Source: Rhizophagus irregularis
Lineage: Eukaryota
Direction of reading: 5' to 3'
Assembly: GCF_026210795.1 (NCBI RefSeq)
Contig: NC_089429.1
Span: forward strand, 5,580,001-5,644,000
Length of the DNA: 64,000 nt
Part shown: positions 51,217 through 64,000 of the stretch, in pieces
Position numbering within the stretch: position 1 is the stretch's first letter
How the letters are laid out: each line of letters opens with the position of its first letter
Notes under the pieces: model-generated
What the model saw: the letters and a program-made list of their open reading frames with translations, nothing else
Database searches by the model: none
Told to the model about the DNA's origin: nothing
Made by a program: the position numbers and the translations under genes

Positions 51217-53079
51217 GACGAATCACGCGTCGCGCAATTCAAAATTATTTATACAGGGTAATCTAAACGTTACCTAATTATTAATAATAAGAACCATATT
51301 AATATTATAATTATAAATTTTTTAAATTTTATTTTTTTTTTGGTCGGGCATATTTTTATTATTTTAGGTTAACTACAAATCATATTTGTTTAAAAAAAGA
51401 ATTTATTTTGATTATATTGCCGATCCAGAAAGAATGAAAATCTTTTTCGATTGGCCATTTCCCTAACTCCAATGATGAAATAAATAATAATATACATATA
51501 TAAGTTAATAAAAAAAAAAATAGTAAATAAAAAAAATTAAAAAAACCGGAGCGAAAAATATTAAAAATTCAGTTTTAAGAAAAATAGAAAGAAAAAATTA
51601 TTAAAATCTCAGTTTTAAAAAACCGAAAAAAATATTATCATTGAAAAAAAAGAGACTGAAAGAAATATTATTAAAAAAAAAATTTGGTCTAAAAAAAAAG
51701 ACCGAAAAAAAGATTTCTTTTTAAAATCAACGTTTTATATACGATAAAATGCACTTTGGTGCCGAAGTGAATTTCGCGAAATGTACCGTAACCGAGATTT
51801 TATATATATCCAATACAATGCTTAGAGAACATTCTTTTATTTTTTTTTTTTCATAACCAAATTCATTATTATCCGTACTTTCTCCAATTATTTATTTTAT
51901 TTAAATCATATGTCAGATTTTGAGAATAAATAATGAAAACGAAAAAACCATTTGAAACAAATTATTTTTTTGGTTGGAATCTTTATGAACGATTACTTTA
52001 TTAAACTCGCTATATAATCTTTGATAATTAGATATCGGAAAAAAAGAAAGCTTAAAGAATAAGTTAATTTATACTCAAATAGTCTATAATAAAATTGCGT
52101 ATCACGAAACTTTTAAAAGCAAACCGAGTATTATTTCTGGTACCCAAACAAAATTGCACCCCAAGCAGAAATAACCGATATTAGTTCAAGTTTTTCGATC
52201 TTATTAATCTCATAAGAACATGTCCGGAATTCAGTTCGCATTCGCGGTTATATAAATCGTAACCATATATGGCATGTTATTAATTTTAGCAATGTTCTAT
52301 AGATTGATCTAGATAAAAAAAAAAGGTAAAAGATAAAATCAAATTATTCGAAAAATTTGCTAAAAAAAATATTTTGCAGTTTGTAACAATCACAAAATTA
52401 GATAATACAGGATAATCATACAAATAGAAAAACCCATCATGCCCGCCTTGATTGGCGTAATTTATTTTTACAATAATGGATAAAATAAATTAAAGGGTGT
52501 ATATACAAAATATAATAAAATCAAATAAAAATTTTATTAGGTAATTAATAAAATATGTAAAATAATTAATTTTTATTCCTTTTAATACCTTATATAAAAT
52601 CTTATCGATTAATTTTCTAGAAATTGATTAATTAAAGTATAGTCTTTTTTACTTTATTTACTGTAAATAATACGATTAGTAAGCAGTGTTGAGAATTCAG
52701 ATTATTTTTATGCGCGCAGAGCGCACATTGTTCATAAAAGTTTTGTGCGCAACCTATGTGCCCTTATATATAAAATAAAATTATAGTAAGCTTATCTACG
52801 CTCCGCCAACTGCGCGGAATCGCAAGTTCAACCGGCATAAGAATCTTTAGGGTTGATAAATTAGGGCATATGTATGGAATGTTTGCTTTCTTAAATAGTA
52901 TAAAATGAAATTGTGATGATATTTTTTTTTTTGACTACGACTTTTTTGATATAATAAATTGATATTTTTTTAACTTTTATATAAATATTCATGAAATTAT
53001 CCAATCATTAAAAAAATTATTCTATATTATTATGGAAAGAGGATTTCATACTTCTATATAATAAGTATCAAACAAAAAC

Positions 53080-53430
53080 TAAAAAATGATAATGATATTA
53101 TCAAATAAAAATCATTTCAATGAAAAAGGATTTAAAAATTTTTAGAAAGAAAAAAAATACTTATTATATGAAAGTCGTCAAAATGTTACGAACGACGAAT
53201 TAAATAATGGAGTTTGGATCAGATTCGGTTGTATTAGACAATGGATCATATGAAGAGGAAAATATTAAATTCGACCGATGAATTAGATGATAATAGGAAA
53301 TTTCTCTTAATTGATCAGATAAGGAGAAAATTGTTAGCGAACAACGAGGAGAACAAGGATTCTGTTGTAATCGAAGAACAAGCTACTCCATTATTCACAA
53401 ATCAAACCATGAATCAGGCACTTAGCTATA
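53080..53430 (+). pseudogene. Kinase 5' stub
   Basis: Homologous to the N-terminal repeat region (DELDD..NEENKDS..PL..NQ); ends just downstream of the secreted-protein gene. Confidence 0.7.
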
Positions 53431-53648
53431 AAAATTCGATAACAAAAAAAAAAAAATAATATATATTCTATAAATAACTTTAAACATTTATTCTTGGTAA
53501 GTTGAAAAGCAGAAATTATATAAGCAAGTTTTCAAAAATAATACAGTTTAAAATAATAATCGTAACACATAATAATAATTAAAAATTAGTAACTATATAT
53601 ATATATCTAAAGTTATACTAATAAATTTGAAAGTATTTTAGTTTTAAT

Positions 53649-54076
53649 TTAATGCGTATCGCATTTATTTCCTGCACAATTAAACATTTCCCAACCAACC
53701 GGATCACCAGTGACGAAAATGCAGTCATCTTTATATCCTTGACACCATCTATTATCGTCTCCATTTGTTTTAGGATATATATGCAAGCAATATGTTTCAG
53801 GTGCCTCATCCCAGTGCCATTTATAACCAGAATCACAATTTTTCCATCCAGCATCTCTTAAAGTTTTACCATGACAATCCGTTACATATACACGACAGAC
53901 AGAGAAAAATGATAGATCAACCGTAAGTTTGTATGCTATGGTTGTTAAATAAACAAAAAACAATTAGAACAGAAAATCATCAAAATTTTCTATGCATACT
54001 AAGGTGTTTTACCTTGAGCTATGTGAAGAATTATGAAAAAGATGATAATGAAACGAGTGAGAGTAGGATGTTGCAT
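53649..54076 (-). CDS. Small secreted cysteine-rich protein (116 aa, 8 Cys), effector candidate
   Basis: Exons 54076-54013 and 53935-53649 (GT-AG). Signal peptide MQHPTLTRFIIIFFIILHIAQA, then YKLTVDLSFFSVCRVYVTDC..KCDTH. Confidence 0.85.
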
Positions 54077-54372
54077 GGTGATCGCGATAAAGTTACCACG
54101 TTTTTCAGTAAAGTAAAAAAGAATCTTTAAAAATATATTCGTTTATCTCGTAATTTTTCGTTTTGAAATTGTGGTCTGGGGGACTACTCCCTTATATAAG
54201 TCTGATTTGCTGATAACCGTACAATAAATATGACTAACCACGAATTTTTCTTTCATAAGATTAATGAATATTCATTCAATCGTGAAAAGCATGACATTTT
54301 CAATGAACAATTATATTGCCGATAAAACATATCCCAAAATTTCTAGTGCATAAGGTTTAGTTCCCTTTCAAA

Positions 54373-54547
54373 CTCTATAAAAACGAAATGTATTTATGTC
54401 TAATAAATGTCAAAAAAAACATCATTTTGTTTAATTTTTGTTTTTTTGTAATAAAACATAAATCGGACAAAATGGTGCTTTTTTAGACGTTTTGTACACA
54501 TGAACACAAATATAAAACGAATTTAAACACAATTCATTTTTATAGGG
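54373..54547. mobile_element. CCCTATA-type MITE (paralog at 58097-58266)
   Basis: CTCTATAAAAACGAAATG..CATTTTTATAGGG. Confidence 0.7.
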
Positions 54548-56319
54548 AAAGCATATGCTTTTAGAAGATCAGGAGAAAGAAAAAAAGATTATCTCTGAAC
54601 AAACATTATTGTTCAATTGACTTATAACCAGTTATAAATTAGAACCATGCCCCCAGGTTAAATCGTTTGAATCTTCGTAAGACGAATTTGATAATAAAGT
54701 TGCTACTTTCCTAAATTAATTTTATGAAAAACTTTTCAAATCAATTCTTTATGGAATTTTACGTCCATGAAATTTATTACAAATTATTTAAATTATTTAT
54801 AGTTTAGTACCGTAAAATTTATTAATTGAAGTATTGTAAATGAATTATCATACTCATTAAGCTATAAATAAACTACAATTACATAATTATTATTGATATT
54901 TTTTCATATACTAAAATAATATGTAAAAAGGTAAGAACGCGCGTAATTAACTAATTTGTGTAACGAAAGAATTTCTTTCAGAAACGTTCTCTGTGCGCGT
55001 CACGTTATCTTCCAAATTCCAATTCCAATAATGGTTTATCGTATTTAAGCATGATCTGCAGGATAATACAGATTATTCAGATTATTTAAATTATCATCCG
55101 AACGGTTCTCCCCAACCGATCAGCCGATCAGCAAATAAATTGCCGATCCGCATACTATGATCGTAAAATGGGTTTCGTCCATTACTGCTAAAAAAAAATG
55201 GTTCAATTAATCTATTACTGCTAAAAAAAAAATGGTTTCAATTAGTCTATCATACTAGAAATTAATTTAAAATTTGCGATTTATAATGTGTTATTTATTA
55301 TATACCCAACCATTTTTACAAATTGAATTCGGTAAAATGTCATGTTGGGATCGTCGGGATAATATCATGTCGGGAAAAGGTACTTTTCAAGAAAACCGAA
55401 AGGGTTTACCATAAAATCCCGACAACCACCAAAATCTCAAATCGGATCAGTCACAGAATCCTGATGATCTTGACAGCCAAAATCCTGACTAGGATGAGTT
55501 TATGATTAGTCAATTTTTAATGCAATTTTGTTTCTAATTTCATAATCTAGTAATATATTCTTTTAATTAAAATAAAAAATTTTTCTTTTAATTTCATTAA
55601 TAATATAGTAACGTTAGTTAATTTGTATTAATATTAATAAAATTTGCAAACAATTTCAAATATTTTGCGTTAATACTAGTCAAATGATTCAAATTATATT
55701 TTAATTATATAAGTCCCGTTACTGCGCCGCTACATTTTTTAAAATTGTGTTTAGTTGGAAATTTATAAAATTTATATAATTTTTTTTTAAAAGAAAAAAC
55801 TTTGGGATTTGAATTTTCTATTAGGATTTTGTCAATATTTATATGGTTGTCGGGTCAGTCGGGATTTTATAGTAAACCGGTCGATATTACTATGGTTATC
55901 AGGATTTTTGGGAAATCCTCGTATTAAATGGTGCCGATCAGGGGATAGGAATTTTTAGGGGTTGGTAAATTAGAATTTTTTTTTTTGATTTCTAATATTT
56001 TTAACTTTTATATAAATACTCATGAAATCATTAAAAAAAAATAATTAATCATAACTAAACCTATTTAGAAATACGAAGCTATAAGATTATACTATATCAA
56101 TAAACTATTCTTATTACGAATGTTACCCTAAAAAAATGAGTTAATTATGAATCGGCAAAGTAAATATTTTTTATCTAAATTGGTCTAAGACAAGCGGGCA
56201 TAAATATAGAATATAGATTGAACGTGTGTTCTATGTTAGTATGTAAATAGGTTTTTCCGTTTAAAAAATAAGTATCAAAACCGAAAATTAAAAAATTAAT
56301 ATGTTACCACTAAAATAAT

Positions 56320-57030
56320 TTCAATGAAAACGAGAAAGATAAAGGATTTAAAAAAATTTTTTAGAAAGAAAAGTTCGTGATGAAGTATCGAAAAAGAACA
56401 AAAAATTATATGAAATTCGTCAAATGTTTACATTAACTCGGATTTTAAAAAAAAAACGAACAACGAATTAGTAGATAATAGTAACAACGAAGAATTTGGA
56501 TCAATGAATCAAATGAAGAGAAAATATTAAATTCGATCCGATTGATGAATTAGATGATAATAGGAAATTTCTCTTAGTATTTTATTAATTGATCAGATAA
56601 GGAGAAAAATTGTTAGCGAACAACGAGGGGAACAAGGATTCTGTAATCTAAGAACAACATCAGGAAGTTTTTAGGTGGGTCGGTCCATGTAATTCCACAC
56701 ATTCCCAATATCCTACATGGACCCACACCGAATTTCGTGGACTTATGCCGAAAATACCACGTGTTTCATCACAGGGTATTCGGAAAATACTGGAACTATT
56801 TAGATTTCCACATATTTCCACAGTATTTGATGTGGATTCCATGTGGATTTTATTAAACGGAAAAAAATTCTTGATGGAGTTACTCCATTATCCACAAATC
56901 AAATCAACCATGAATCAGGCACTTCGGAAATTCGATATGTCAAATCAAACGAACTGGCGCAACCAGGTGTTAGCTTAGAAACTAGTACACCTTCATAATG
57001 CTTTTCTAATCTTTATATTAAAAGCTATAA
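56320..57030 (+). pseudogene. Kinase 5' stub with MITE insertion
   Basis: Homologous to the 5' parts of the other kinase copies. Confidence 0.7.
56658..56876. mobile_element. CATCAGG..CTTGATG MITE
   Basis: Interrupts gaacaagytactcc, which is intact at ~53375 and ~59189; probable 2-bp TSD. Confidence 0.8.
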
Positions 57031-57206
57031 AAATTCTGACAAAAAAAAAATGATATATATTCTAGAAAAAATAAATTAATGAATAAATAACTTTAAACAT
57101 TTATTCTTGGAAAGTTGAAAGGCAGAATTATATAAGCAAGTTTTCAAAAATAATATAGTTTAAAATAAAAAAATGTAAAAAGCTTTGAAAGTATTTTAGT
57201 TTTAAT

Positions 57207-57607
57207 TTAGCATTTAACCATTGTCCATTTAAACAGATCACCATAGACGCCAATGCAGTCATCTTTATATCCTTGTTGCCATCTATTATCATCTCCATCT
57301 GATAAAGGAAATATATGCAAGCAATATGTTTCAGGTGCCTCATCCCAGTACCATTCATTATTATTACAATCTTTCCATCCAGCATTTCTTAAAGTTTTAC
57401 CATTACAATCCGTTACATATACACGACAGATAGAGAAAAAATTTAGTAAAACCGTAAGTCTGTACGCTATAGTTGTTAAATAAACAAAAAGCAATTAGAA
57501 CAGAAAATCATCAAAATTTGCTGTGCATACTAAGGTGTTTTACCTTGAGCTATGTGAAGAATTATGAAAAAGATGATAATGAAACGAGTGAGAGTAGAAT
57601 GTTGCAT
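57207..57607 (-). CDS. Small secreted cysteine-rich protein, paralog 2 (107 aa, 6 Cys)
   Basis: Exons 57607-57544 and 57466-57207; signal peptide identical except P4S; mature YRLTVLLNFFSIC..WTMVKC. Confidence 0.85.
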
Positions 57608-57766
57608 AGTGATCGCGACAAAGTTACCACGTTTTTCAGTAAAGTAAAAAAGAATCTTTAAAAATATATTCGTTTATTTCGTAATTTTTCGTTTTGAAAT
57701 TGTGGTCTGGGGACTACTCCCTTATATAAGTCTGATTTTCTGATAACCGTACAATAAATATGACTA

Positions 57767-57953
57767 TCCCTATAAAAACGAAATGAGTTAAATTTGTTTA
57801 ATATTTGTGCTCATGTGTAATAAATGTCTAAAAAAGCACCATTTTGTTTAATTTTTGTTTTTTTGTAATAAGACATAAATTGGACAAATTGATGCTTTTT
57901 TGGACGTTTTTTACACATGAACACAAATTTAACACATTTCATTTTTATAGGGG
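57767..57953. mobile_element. CCCTATA-type MITE with CTA TSD
   Basis: tgaCTA|TCCCTATAAAAA..TTTTTATAGGGG|CTAaccacg vs empty tgaCTAaccacg at 54231. Confidence 0.9.
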
Positions 57954-58889
57954 CTAACCACGAATTTTTCTTTCATAAGATTAATGAATATTCATTCAAT
58001 CGTGAAAAGCAAGACATTTCAATGACAATTATATTTTGCCGATAAACATATCCCGAAAATCTCTAGTGCATAGTAAGGTTTAATTCTCTTTTCAAACTCT
58101 ATAAAAACGAAATGTATTCATGTGTAATAAATGTCTAAAAAAGTATCATTTTTAATTTTTGTTTTTTTGTAATAAACATAAATCGGACAAAATGATGCTT
58201 TTTTAGACGTTTTGTTCACATGAGCACAAATATAAAACGAATTTAAACACAATCATTTTTATAGGGAAGCTTTTCGGAAGATCAGGAGAGAGAAAAAATA
58301 GATTATCTCTGACACAACATTATTGTTCAATTGACTTAAGACCAGTTATAAACTAGACCATACTCCAAGTTAAACCGTTTGAAATTTCGTAAGACGAATT
58401 TGATAATAAAGATGCTACTTTCCTAAATTAATTCTATGAAAAACTTTTCAAATCAATTCTTTATGGAATTTTACGTCCATGAAATTTATTACAAATTATT
58501 TAAATTATTTACAGTTTAGGAATACCATAAAATTTATTAATTCGAATTCGAAATATTGTAAATAAACTACAATTGCATAATCATATATTGATATTTTTCA
58601 TATACTAAATAACATGTGAAAGGTCGGTCGATATTATGGCTGTTAGGATTTTTGGGAATCCTCATCATTTTTAAGGGCAGTAAATTAGGAAATGTTTACT
58701 TTTTTAAAATAGTATGGGATAATTTCTTTTTTGATTTCTAATATATATTTTTAACATTTATATAAATACTCAATGAAATCATTCAGTCATTAAAAAAAAT
58801 ATTCTATGTTATATAAATAGGTTTTTTCGTTTAAAAAATAATAAGTATCAAAAACGAAAATTAAAAAATTATAAAATTACCACTCAAAT

Positions 58890-59235
58890 CATTTCAATGA
58901 AAACGAGAAAGACTAAGGATTTAAAAAACTTTGAGAAAGAAAAGTTCGTGATGAAGTACACTAACTCGGATTTTAAAGAAAAACGAACAACGAATTAGAC
59001 AATGAAGAATTTTGGATCAGGCGGTTGAATTAGACAATGAATCAAATGAAGAAAAATATTAAATACGATCCGATTGATGAATTAGATGATATCATAATAG
59101 GAAATTTCACTTAGTATTTTATTAATTGATCAGATAAGGAGAAAAATTGTTAGCGAACAACGAGGAGAACAAGGATTCTGTAATCGAGGAACAAGCTACT
59201 CCATTATCCACAAATCAAATCAGGCATTTAGCTAT
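58890..59235 (+). pseudogene. Kinase 5' stub
   Basis: Homologous to 53080-53430. Confidence 0.7.
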
Positions 59236-59481
59236 AAGACTTCGGTGACAAAAAAAAAATAATATATATTCTAGAAAAAATAAATGAATAAATAAATAAC
59301 TTTTAACATTTATTCTTGGTAAGTTGAAAAGCAGAATTATATAAGCAAGTTTTTAAAATAATACAGTTTAAAAATAATAGTCGTAACACATAATAATAAT
59401 CAAAAATTAGTAACTATATATATATATAGTATATCTAAAGTTACTAATAAATGTAAAATTTGAAAGTATTTTAGTTTCAAT

Positions 59482-59683
59482 TTAATGCATATCGCATTTA
59501 TTTCCTACACATTTATACATTTCCCAATAAATCAGATCACCAGAGGCCAATGCAGTCATCTTTATATCCTTGACACCATCTATTATCGCTTCCATCTGTT
59601 TTAGGATATATATACAAGCAATATGTTTCAGGCGCCTCATCCCAGTGCCATTTATCACCAGAATCACAATTTTCCATCCAGCA
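59482..59683 (-). pseudogene. Secreted Cys-rich protein paralog 3, 5'-deleted and frameshifted
   Basis: 3' half only (WHWDEAPETYCLYIYPK..WEMYKCVGNKCDMH). Joins directly to sequence homologous to ~54892, so about 1 kb including exon 1 is lost. Confidence 0.8.
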
Positions 59684-59820
59684 ATTGATATTTTTTCATA
59701 TACTAAATAACATGTAAAAGGTAAAAGACGCGCGTAATTGACTACTAAGTTGTGTAACGAAAGAATTCCTCCGCAAAATTTTCCGCCACATTCGCTGCGC
59801 GCGTCACGTTAAACCGAAAA

Positions 59821-59886
59821 TAGTGATGGGCATTGGAAGTTGGAAGACCTCCAATAAAAATCATTGGAAGTCAATGCCCATAACTA
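59821..59886. mobile_element. Tiny hAT-like MITE
   Basis: TAGTGATGGGCATTG..CAATGCCCATAACTA. Confidence 0.6.
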
Positions 59887-61084
59887 GTTTATCGCATGAT
59901 CTGCAGGATAATATCCGAACTTCTCGCCCCGATCAGCCGATCAGCAAATAACTAATACTTAATTGCCGATCCGCATATGATAGAAATTTGGTTGTAACCA
60001 GATCGCTTGAAATTTTTGCTGAGAATACTATAAGATTAGTCCTTCTCAAAATACTATGGGATTAGGTTATTATTCAAGTATTTAATTTCAATGTTATGAA
60101 GCTTAAAATTTTAAGCGAAATTTCTAAACATCGTTAATTAACTAAATTTTATTAAATTTATTTCTTAAAATAAATTTATGCCACTTTTTTTTTGTCTCAT
60201 AAAAATGTCAGCTAGAAGTCTTAGAATTTCTACATATACTATATACTTTGTGGAAATATACCAATATATTCAAAAAAAAATGTAGAAACGATTTAATTTT
60301 TGCTTTAATAAACTTCAAAAATAGAAAACCCCACGCAAATTTTCAATTTTTCAAGTTAATTAACTCCATATAAAAACAATTTGACGCTTTAAAATATCCG
60401 AATGGAGTGTTATTAAGTAAAATGGGTAAAATGGGTTTCAATTAGTAGCCTATCATACAATTGTTTCTAATTTCAGATTAGTAATCTAGTAATAAACTGT
60501 ACATAGTCCTTTTAATTAAAATAAAAAATTTTCTTTTAACTTCATTAATAATATAGTAACGCTAGTTAATTTGAATAAAATTTGCATTGGTATTAATAAA
60601 ATTTACAAATATTTTGCGTTGATACTAATCATATAATTCAAATTATATTTTAATTATATTGGATAAATTAAGACCCGTTACTGCGCCGCTGCATTTTTTA
60701 AAATTGGATTTTACCTGTCAGGATTTGTATTTGTGTGACTATCGGGATTTTGGTGTCAACTGTCAATATTATGGTCGTCAGGACTCGGGATTTTATAGTA
60801 AACCCGGTCGATATTATGGTTGTCAGGATTTTCGGCAAATCCTCATCGTGTAGATGGTGCCGATCAGGGGATAGGGATTGGTAAATTAGGGAATGTTTAC
60901 TTTCTTAAAATAGTATGGGATAATTTTTTTTTTTTAGTTTCTAATATTTTTAACTTTTATATAAATACTCATGAAATCATCCAGTCATTAAAAAAAATTA
61001 TTCTATGTCATATAAATAGGTTTTTCGTTTAAAAAAATAATAAGTATCAAAACGAAAATTAAAAAACGATAATGTTATCACTCA

Positions 61085-63390
61085 AATCATTTTAATGAAA
61101 AAGAGAAAGACAAAGGATTTAAAAAAAATTTTTTTAGAAAGAAAAGTTCGTGAAGTATCGAAAAGAACAAAAACTTATATGAAATTCGTCAAATGTTTAC
61201 ATTAACTCGAATTTAAAAAAAAACAGAACAACGAATTAGATAATAGTAACAATGAAGAATTTGGATCAGGCGGCCGAATTAGACAATGAATTAAATGAAG
61301 AGAAAAATATTAAATTCGATCCGATTGATGAATTAGATAGGAAATATTATAATTAATGGATCAGCAGATAAAGAGAAAATTGTTAGCGGACAACGAGGAG
61401 AACAGGGATTCTTTAATCGTTATTTTATTATCAACAAATCAAATCAACGACGTATCAGGCATTTCGATAATTCAATATGTTGAGTTGAGCGAGAAAAAAA
61501 ATCTTGGACTAGAACAAATGAATGTTAGTAGTTTAGAAGCCGATGGATCAAAAATTTACGATTTCATACTTTAGTGTCCAAATAAAATATACTGTAAATC
61601 TGGCTCAAAATATGATAAGAAAATTTCACTAAATATGAAGTGATGATAAAGAACAGAAATTAAAAATTTCGACTCAAAGTGATATGAAAAAGTGAAGTAA
61701 TTAAAAGTAATGTTTTTCCGGAGCTTGTCCTACCAGATTAATTCATGGAAAGAACAAAAAATATTAAATATGAAGGGATGGTAAATAGTAAGAAATTAAC
61801 TGATATTGAAAAAAATTTACGTGAAACTCACCAAATTATTTTTGTTAGTTCAGATTTTAAAGAAACTAACAAGGAAGATGATAATAATGATGAAGAGCTT
61901 AGACCAGATTCGGTTAAATTAGATGATGATAAGAAAATCTCGGTTAATAATACAAATAATGTGAAATGGTGGATCTATTATTGAGGAACATATCACTCCA
62001 TTATCAGTAGCTTTGGAAATTCGGTATGATGTTAAGTCGAGCGAATTTGTTTCCGAGAATAAAAATCTTGAACTGAAGCTACGGAGTATTAGCATAGAAA
62101 CTGACACACCTATTAATACAGCTTTACCCAAAAAAAATTATCTTCATATTAAAGGCGATGTAAATTTGGATTAAATGAAATACAAATCCGGCTTACGATA
62201 TAAATATGAAGAGATGACGAACAACAACAATGAATTAACGCTTCAAATTCGTACTATCCCAAATCGAATATTGAGTGGCATTTGCTGTTTAAAATTGGAA
62301 GAGAGTGCGCCTACTAGAAAATATTGCCTCAAATAGACCTAGGCTTCAGTGCAAAAAAAATCTGGGAAAGTGTTCTTAATACAACTATCGTTTTAAAAGA
62401 ATCAAAAAGGCTTTAATCAATTTTTGTCAAGGTAATATTTCTACGAATTTGGTTAAAAATGTTATTGATGAAAAAAATTAATTGCTTTAATATATAGGTT
62501 TGAAATCACCTTAAAATTTTACTTATTGGGAAATCGCATTTTACGATCATGTTTTGACTGCAGCCATAATTCAGGGGCAGCGGTTAGTACAATAACAAAT
62601 GAATTGAGAAAAGAATTGGCGGGACTAAGTAATATTAGGTTCGTATTAGCAAACGGTAAAGTGTAGCATCATTAGGGAGCCCACTGAACTACTGAAGCAT
62701 TAGAAGAATTATCAAGTGCTTCGAAAGTTATTCATGATGAAGAGGTAATCATCAAGGTATTTCACTTCCGACTATCAGTGATTTGGAATTATGTAGGAAT
62801 TATAATAAATCACATCTTTTATTGTTTCTGAACATTTAAAAGAAAATCCAGAACTGATTACTACAGCATCAAATATTTATAATTAAGGAATCATTATGTG
62901 GATAATTGATTGTTATAAATTACCCCACGAAGAATTCAAGAATGATCGATATGATATAGCAGTTAAAGGTCTACGTCCAAGATATTCCAACAATTTAACA
63001 ACTTATGCAGAACTTATGATGATCCAGAAAAACGCCCAAAAGTATTTAAATTAAAAAATATATTTTTTTATGTGGAAAAAAATATTATTCAAACCATAAA
63101 GAATGTTTTATTACTGAAATGGAAAGATTACATAGGATCAAAAATTCTGCCCTACTTTGTAGTTCTTGGAAATCAAGAAAAAGTACGTAGTAACTAATTC
63201 ATAAAAAATGAAAAAGTAAGGATCTTTTTATTTATATTCTTTGTACTTAAATCATTAATTTTTTTATTTTATTAAAACATATAGAAGATAATGTTTTATC
63301 ATGTGAACTTTTTGTTGGAGCTTTTCCTTCAACGGTTAATTTTGAAAATTCAAATGACGATAATAGCGATGATAGCGCGAATCTTATCTT
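61085..63390 (+). pseudogene. Kinase pseudogene, most decayed long copy
   Basis: Colinear with the intact kinase through the last exon, with deletions, stops and a foreign segment at ~62540-62695. Confidence 0.85.
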
Positions 63391-63529
63391 TATATCCTTT
63401 CTGCGGGTGTTGCAGATGGTAATTCCAGGTTGTTTTGTCTAAATGATAAATAGTGCAAATTTCTTCATGTGATCACGTTCAAATAACACCTTTATTCGTT
63501 TTTGTAGTTCATCTTAATTTTTCACATCA

Positions 63530-64000
63530 ACGATCAATCAACTGGAGATTTTCTCTTGGCGTCCACATTCGATCGCGGATCTACTACCTAATGACATTTA
63601 TTTACTTCTACACGGATTTATTCCAATTTCCAATCAGTTTATCTTCCTTTGTTTTGGATCTAATTACAAAGCAATCAGTAGCGCACCATTTTATCCTTTC
63701 CACGTCCATATTTTTATAAATAACACAATCGACCAAATCTGGTTCTTTCCTGGGAAAAACAGCAAGGCATCACTAAACTAATGAAAAAATAAATCGCAAG
63801 TCATCAAATCAGCAATGAACAGTCAGAATCTCCACAAGAATATAATGCACCCTTCGAGAAGGATAACAATAAGATATTCCTCCAGATCAACCGATAGTTG
63901 ATCACGGGTACCTCTTCCTACAGTGGCAGCTGAGTTCTACATAGACATTTAACGTTCTTATCGAATCCTATTACTTTTCATTTACTGACAACATAGTTAC
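63530..64000 (+). mobile_element. Possible non-LTR retrotransposon 3' relic
   Basis: Higher GC. Broken reading ..LPNDIYLLLHGFIP..DQIWF..WEKQQGITK resembles LINE ORF2 C-termini; no RT motifs are visible. Confidence 0.4.

Larger units (their letters stand above)
28263..63500 (+). repeat. Tandem segmental duplication of about seven units
   Basis: Later units start near 37.0, 45.0, 52.8, 55.95, 58.65 and 60.86 kb with a shared leader (taaattag..ataaatactcatgaaat-like), followed by sequence homologous to the kinase at 28263. Confidence 0.85.

Noticed and set aside
53618..54130. Overlapping ORFs 53618-53854, 53652-53861, 53933-54130 and their 57 kb equivalents
   Set aside because: Shadow frames of the spliced secreted-protein gene

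Overview
AT-rich, intron-containing eukaryotic DNA. The gene families present (TKL kinases, Sel1 repeats, F-box/LRR, Crinkler-like relic, many MITEs) point to an arbuscular mycorrhizal fungus (Glomeromycotina, Rhizophagus-like); this is inferred, not searched. The left half (1-28 kb) holds a decayed PD-(D/E)XK/Crinkler-like gene, a P450 relic, a 6-exon two-TM protein with DEG/ENaC-like motifs, a UPF0658-like membrane protein, a multi-TM kinase, an F-box/LRR gene, a BED-finger/hAT-fragment/Sel1 fusion, a small TM protein and a Myb protein. The right half (28-63.5 kb) is a tandem segmental duplication of about seven units. It contains one intact kinase, three long kinase pseudogenes and three 5' stubs, two more intact BED-Sel1 genes, and three copies (two intact) of a small secreted Cys-rich protein. 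Many MITEs can be dated against empty sites in sister units. Best leads: transposase-derived BED-Sel1 genes paired with a kinase, the DEG/ENaC-like channel candidate, and the diversifying secreted-protein array. All gene models were spliced by eye.
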